Origin: Chiloscyllium plagiosum
Taxonomy: Eukaryota
Length of the DNA: 64,000 nucleotides
Direction of reading: 5' to 3'
Assembly: GCF_004010195.1 (NCBI RefSeq)
Contig: NC_057718.1
Span: 75,089,859-75,153,858 of the forward strand
The translations under genes and the position numbers were made by a program. Below, piece after piece: positions 62,007-64,000 of this stretch. Every line of letters starts with the position of its first letter. Position 1 is the stretch's first letter. The notes below the pieces were generated by a model. The model had not been told where the DNA came from. It ran no database searches and saw only the letters and a program-made list of their open reading frames with translations.

Positions 62007-63659
62007 TCTCCTGCTCCTTGGATGCTGCCTGACCTGCTGCGCTTTTCTATCTTCCACCCTAAACATGTTAAAACAGCCATCCCCTATTCACAATCCCTAT
62101 GCAGACACAAGATCTGTTCAGATGAGGAGGAACATGATGGACACCCGAAGGTGCTGAAGAGCACCCTTATAAGAATGGGATACAATGCTCAACTCATCGG
62201 TTTCCAGTTTTAATGTGCCACAGCAAGAAACTGTAATTACCTCCTTAGAAGACAGACACAGGATACAACTGATAGGGTATCTTTCATCATCCAGTACTTT
62301 CTGGGAGGGAAGAAACTATGCCATGTTCTTTGCAACTTGCAACACATTGTTGATGAGGATGAATACCTCACCAAGATCTTCCCTACACCTCCACTTCTTG
62401 CTTTTAAACAACTGCCAATTCTTAAACAGATCATTGTTGGCAGCAAACTAGCCTTCAGGACAACATCTACCGTAACACCAGACAATCCTGTCATGGCAAC
62501 CACGGCAAGACATGAGTGTGTGTGAAAGATCTCTCTTTCACACACACTCATGCGCATACCTTTTCACAGACATGTACTCTGTCACACTTGTGCGCTCACA
62601 CTCAGATGCATGCACACATTCTCTGCCACACACACATTTTGCCTCTCCCTCTCTCCTACACAAGTCAGTGGGGTGAATTTGCAGTTGCAGATTTGTATTT
62701 GAAGGTACATTCTATTTTGTTCAAAAAGCTATAGGTAGTCAATGTTGCATTTTATAAATTCCTACCTTGGAAATAAAATAGTCTGACTCCACGTTGGGAT
62801 ACAGACAGACTCTAACCTCACACCTTTACTGTATGGTCTGAGCTGAGATGTCACTAAATCTTAAATTATCTCGAGAAGTGACTTGAAAGAAATTCTGAAA
62901 TTCACATATTAATCAATCAAAACCTGCATCTCCATTCCAAGTTATTAGAGACTTAACAGCCATTAGGTTTGTCTAATATACCATATTACACTTTGATCCT
63001 TTACTTATAAATTCTGTGTTCTATATATCCTGCCCCACTAGCTACCTGATGAAGGAGCGGTGCTCTGAAAATTTGTATTTTCAAATAATCATTTGGACCA
63101 TAACCCAGTGTCATGTGTTTTTTAAACTTTGTCCACCCCAGTCCAACACCAGCATCTCCACATCATGGCTACCATTTGGGGAAGAAGGCCCCTTTTCACA
63201 GAATTGACAGCCAATCTAACTGGCCTCATTGTAGATGCTACATGACCTTAGTGATGCTGGAACTAGAGACAGAACTTGAAGACAAGGAGTTTTATACACT
63301 GAGAATTGCCCAGCATGGCAGAGCATCATATTAAACAGCTGGGAGGAGGGTTAAAGTGGCTTATGCTCTTGAGGGAATAGATGCCTGAAATGAGCACTAG
63401 GGGTCCTCAAAAAGAGTCACTCCATTGTCCAATACCAGCTCACTCAATTAAAACCTCCAGTCTCCATGCTAATCATGGCTGCCCCTACAATATGTAAAAT
63501 AGCACATGGTGGGTTGAGGCACCTGACCACTTATAGGCCCAAGGGTGGCAGAGCTGCTGATATCTTATACAGATAATTCTTCAATAATGCGATGGTTGTG
63601 TTCTTATGCAACCCAGCATTATATAATAAATTGTGCTTTAATATAGAGCCCTCCACTAC

Positions 63660-63694
63660 CACCTGATGAAGGAGCAATTCTCCGAAAGCTAGTG
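63660..63694 (+). ncRNA. Minimal hammerhead ribozyme motif in a solo PLE family C terminus (~63645-63747)
   Basis: CAC-CTGATGA-a-GGAG-caatt-CTCC-GAAAGCTA-GTG; palindromic AGCT stem III, CUA triplet. Confidence 0.78.
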
Positions 63695-63913
63695 TGCTTA
63701 AATTAAACCTGTTGGACTATAACCTGGTGTTGTGTATTTTTAACTTTGAGATTGTGAGAGCAAGATTTGTAGCTGGACACTGCGTGTGTTTCACAAGCAT
63801 GGTGCTATGATGTCCTCAATCTGTACTACGTGCTTGATTAATGCTATTGCCCATTGAAGTATCTTGCATTATTCACAGGCAGGATAAAAAGCTTGCAGCA
63901 CTCACACCAGGTG

Positions 63914-64000
63914 TGATTAGATTAGATTACATTACATTACATTACAGTGTGGAAACAGGCCCTTCGGCCCAACAAGTCCACACTGACCCGCCGAAGCGCA
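63914..64000 (-). mobile_element. HE1-like SINE 3' end (runs off window)
   Basis: (attag)n(attac)n reverse tail, then agtgtggaaacaggcccttcggccc. Confidence 0.9.

Larger units (their letters stand above)
60722..62046. mobile_element. Penelope-like element (family B), inverted two-armed, nested in the family C PLE
   Basis: Minus arm 60722-61088; plus arm 61089-62046 (FKFTWTVSDSSLPFQDL..HPAPCKNAIPYSQFL; RLEGERLIFRLGTLQPQGMN); 15-bp TSD ctatcttccacccta at 60707-60721 and 62047-62061. Confidence 0.92.
59825..63170. mobile_element. Penelope-like element (family C), inverted two-armed insertion hosting nested elements
   Basis: Minus arm 59825-60435; plus arm 60625-60721 and 62047-63170 (SISFLDT..LYCKP..FHPKHVKTAIPYSQ..KIFPTPPLLAFKQ); TSD accatttggggaa at 59812-59824 and 63171-63183. 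Confidence 0.88.

Overview
Eukaryotic, transposon-saturated vertebrate genomic DNA. It is most likely from a shark: the tRNA-derived SINEs match the elasmobranch HE1/V-SINE type, and a carpet/bamboo-shark origin is an inference. No host protein-coding gene, rRNA, true tRNA or CRISPR array is recognisable. The window is a nested mosaic of: CR1-clade LINEs (one near full-length copy at ~12.85-17.84 kb with a zinc-finger/leucine-zipper/SGNH-esterase ORF1); about ten HE1-like SINEs; a Rex1/Babar LINE; a decayed Gmr1-type Gypsy LTR retrotransposon with integrase upstream of RT; at least three families of Penelope-like elements (PLEs); and probable decayed PIF/Harbinger remnants. There are two assembly gaps. 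The most notable structure is in the PLEs. Several are inverted two-armed insertions flanked by 10-15 bp target-site duplications (TSDs), they carry minimal type-I hammerhead ribozyme motifs, and one is nested inside another. These belong to known classes of element, and I found no evidence for a wholly new system. Family names come from recalled motifs rather than database searches, and boundaries of old copies are approximate.
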